Part shown: positions 63,648 through 64,000 of the stretch, in pieces
How positions within the stretch are numbered: position 1 is the first letter of the stretch
Layout of the letters: each line of letters begins with the position of its first letter
From: Macrostomum lignano
Taxonomy: Eukaryota
Reading direction: 5' to 3'
DNA: 64,000 nt
NCBI GenBank assembly: GCA_002269645.1
Contig: NIVC01002291.1
Coordinates: 124,001 to 188,000 of the forward strand
The notes under the pieces: model-generated
Database searches by the model: none
Seen by the model: the letters and a program-made list of their open reading frames with translations, nothing else
Told to the model about the DNA's origin: nothing
Made by a program: the position numbers and the translations under genes

Positions 63648-64000
63648 TGATGTAACCGCCCTTGTCGCCTGTCCGCTCCGTAGAGAGACGAACGCATGAC
63701 TAGAGGGGGCAATGACCGTAGGCTGCCTATGACCGGGCAATGACCTGACGGACCTCCAGCACCAGACTGTCCCGCCCACATGATTAGTAGCTTTGGTAGC
63801 GCTTCGTGACCAGAGGGCCAAGGACCCACATGGACCCCACCTGTAGCCAAGGTGCAATAGTTGGTCACTCGGTCATAGTATGACCGAGTGGCTGCCACCA
63901 CTCTATGTGACCTGGCGCACCTGGATCTTTCTACCAGACCTCTCGAGGCTAGAGCCCCGCCTGGATTGGTTACCAGGGGATTCAGGCTAACAGGGGAGAC
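63648..64000 (-). repeat. 5' LTR (truncated by the window end)
   Basis: Matches 54605-54957. Confidence 0.9.

Larger units (their letters stand above)
54605..64000 (-). mobile_element. Gypsy-like non-autonomous LTR retrotransposon (gag plus protease only), continuing past the window
   Basis: LTR copies start at 54605 and 63648 and appear identical over the 353 bp available; PBS, PPT, gag and protease are on the minus strand; no RT/RNaseH/integrase motifs seen. Confidence 0.88.

Overview
Eukaryotic (metazoan) genomic DNA, not prokaryotic. GC-rich spliced genes have introns filled by 20-40 bp minisatellites, a pattern I associate with the flatworm Macrostomum (inference only). Four host genes can be assembled with phase-consistent splice sites: an ARAP/centaurin-delta-like PH-ArfGAP-RhoGAP-RA gene (about 2694-17630, +), UBL3/MUB (20511-22940, +), a low-complexity plus LRAT-domain gene (about 27235-35409, +) and a two-exon rhodopsin-class GPCR (41481-39768, -). 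Mobile DNA includes a CpG-free integrase relic, MITEs, a CORE-like tRNA-SINE, a full-length decayed APE-RT-RNaseH (Ingi/I-like) LINE whose 16-bp TSD duplicates a splice donor, a MULE-like element with a 9-bp TSD, and a gag-protease-only LTR retrotransposon (54605 to beyond the window, - strand) with 2.2-kb LTRs and a tRNA-Leu PBS. The most unusual signals are (1) a 1198-bp tandem unit carrying three perfect heat-shock elements and a TATA-like box per copy with no HSP ORF, (2) a TATA-driven, spliced antisense gene for a putative tail-anchored protein inside the LTR element, and (3) an array of PBS/LTR-junction mimics in that gene's intron. No CRISPR arrays, rRNA or bona fide tRNA genes were found.
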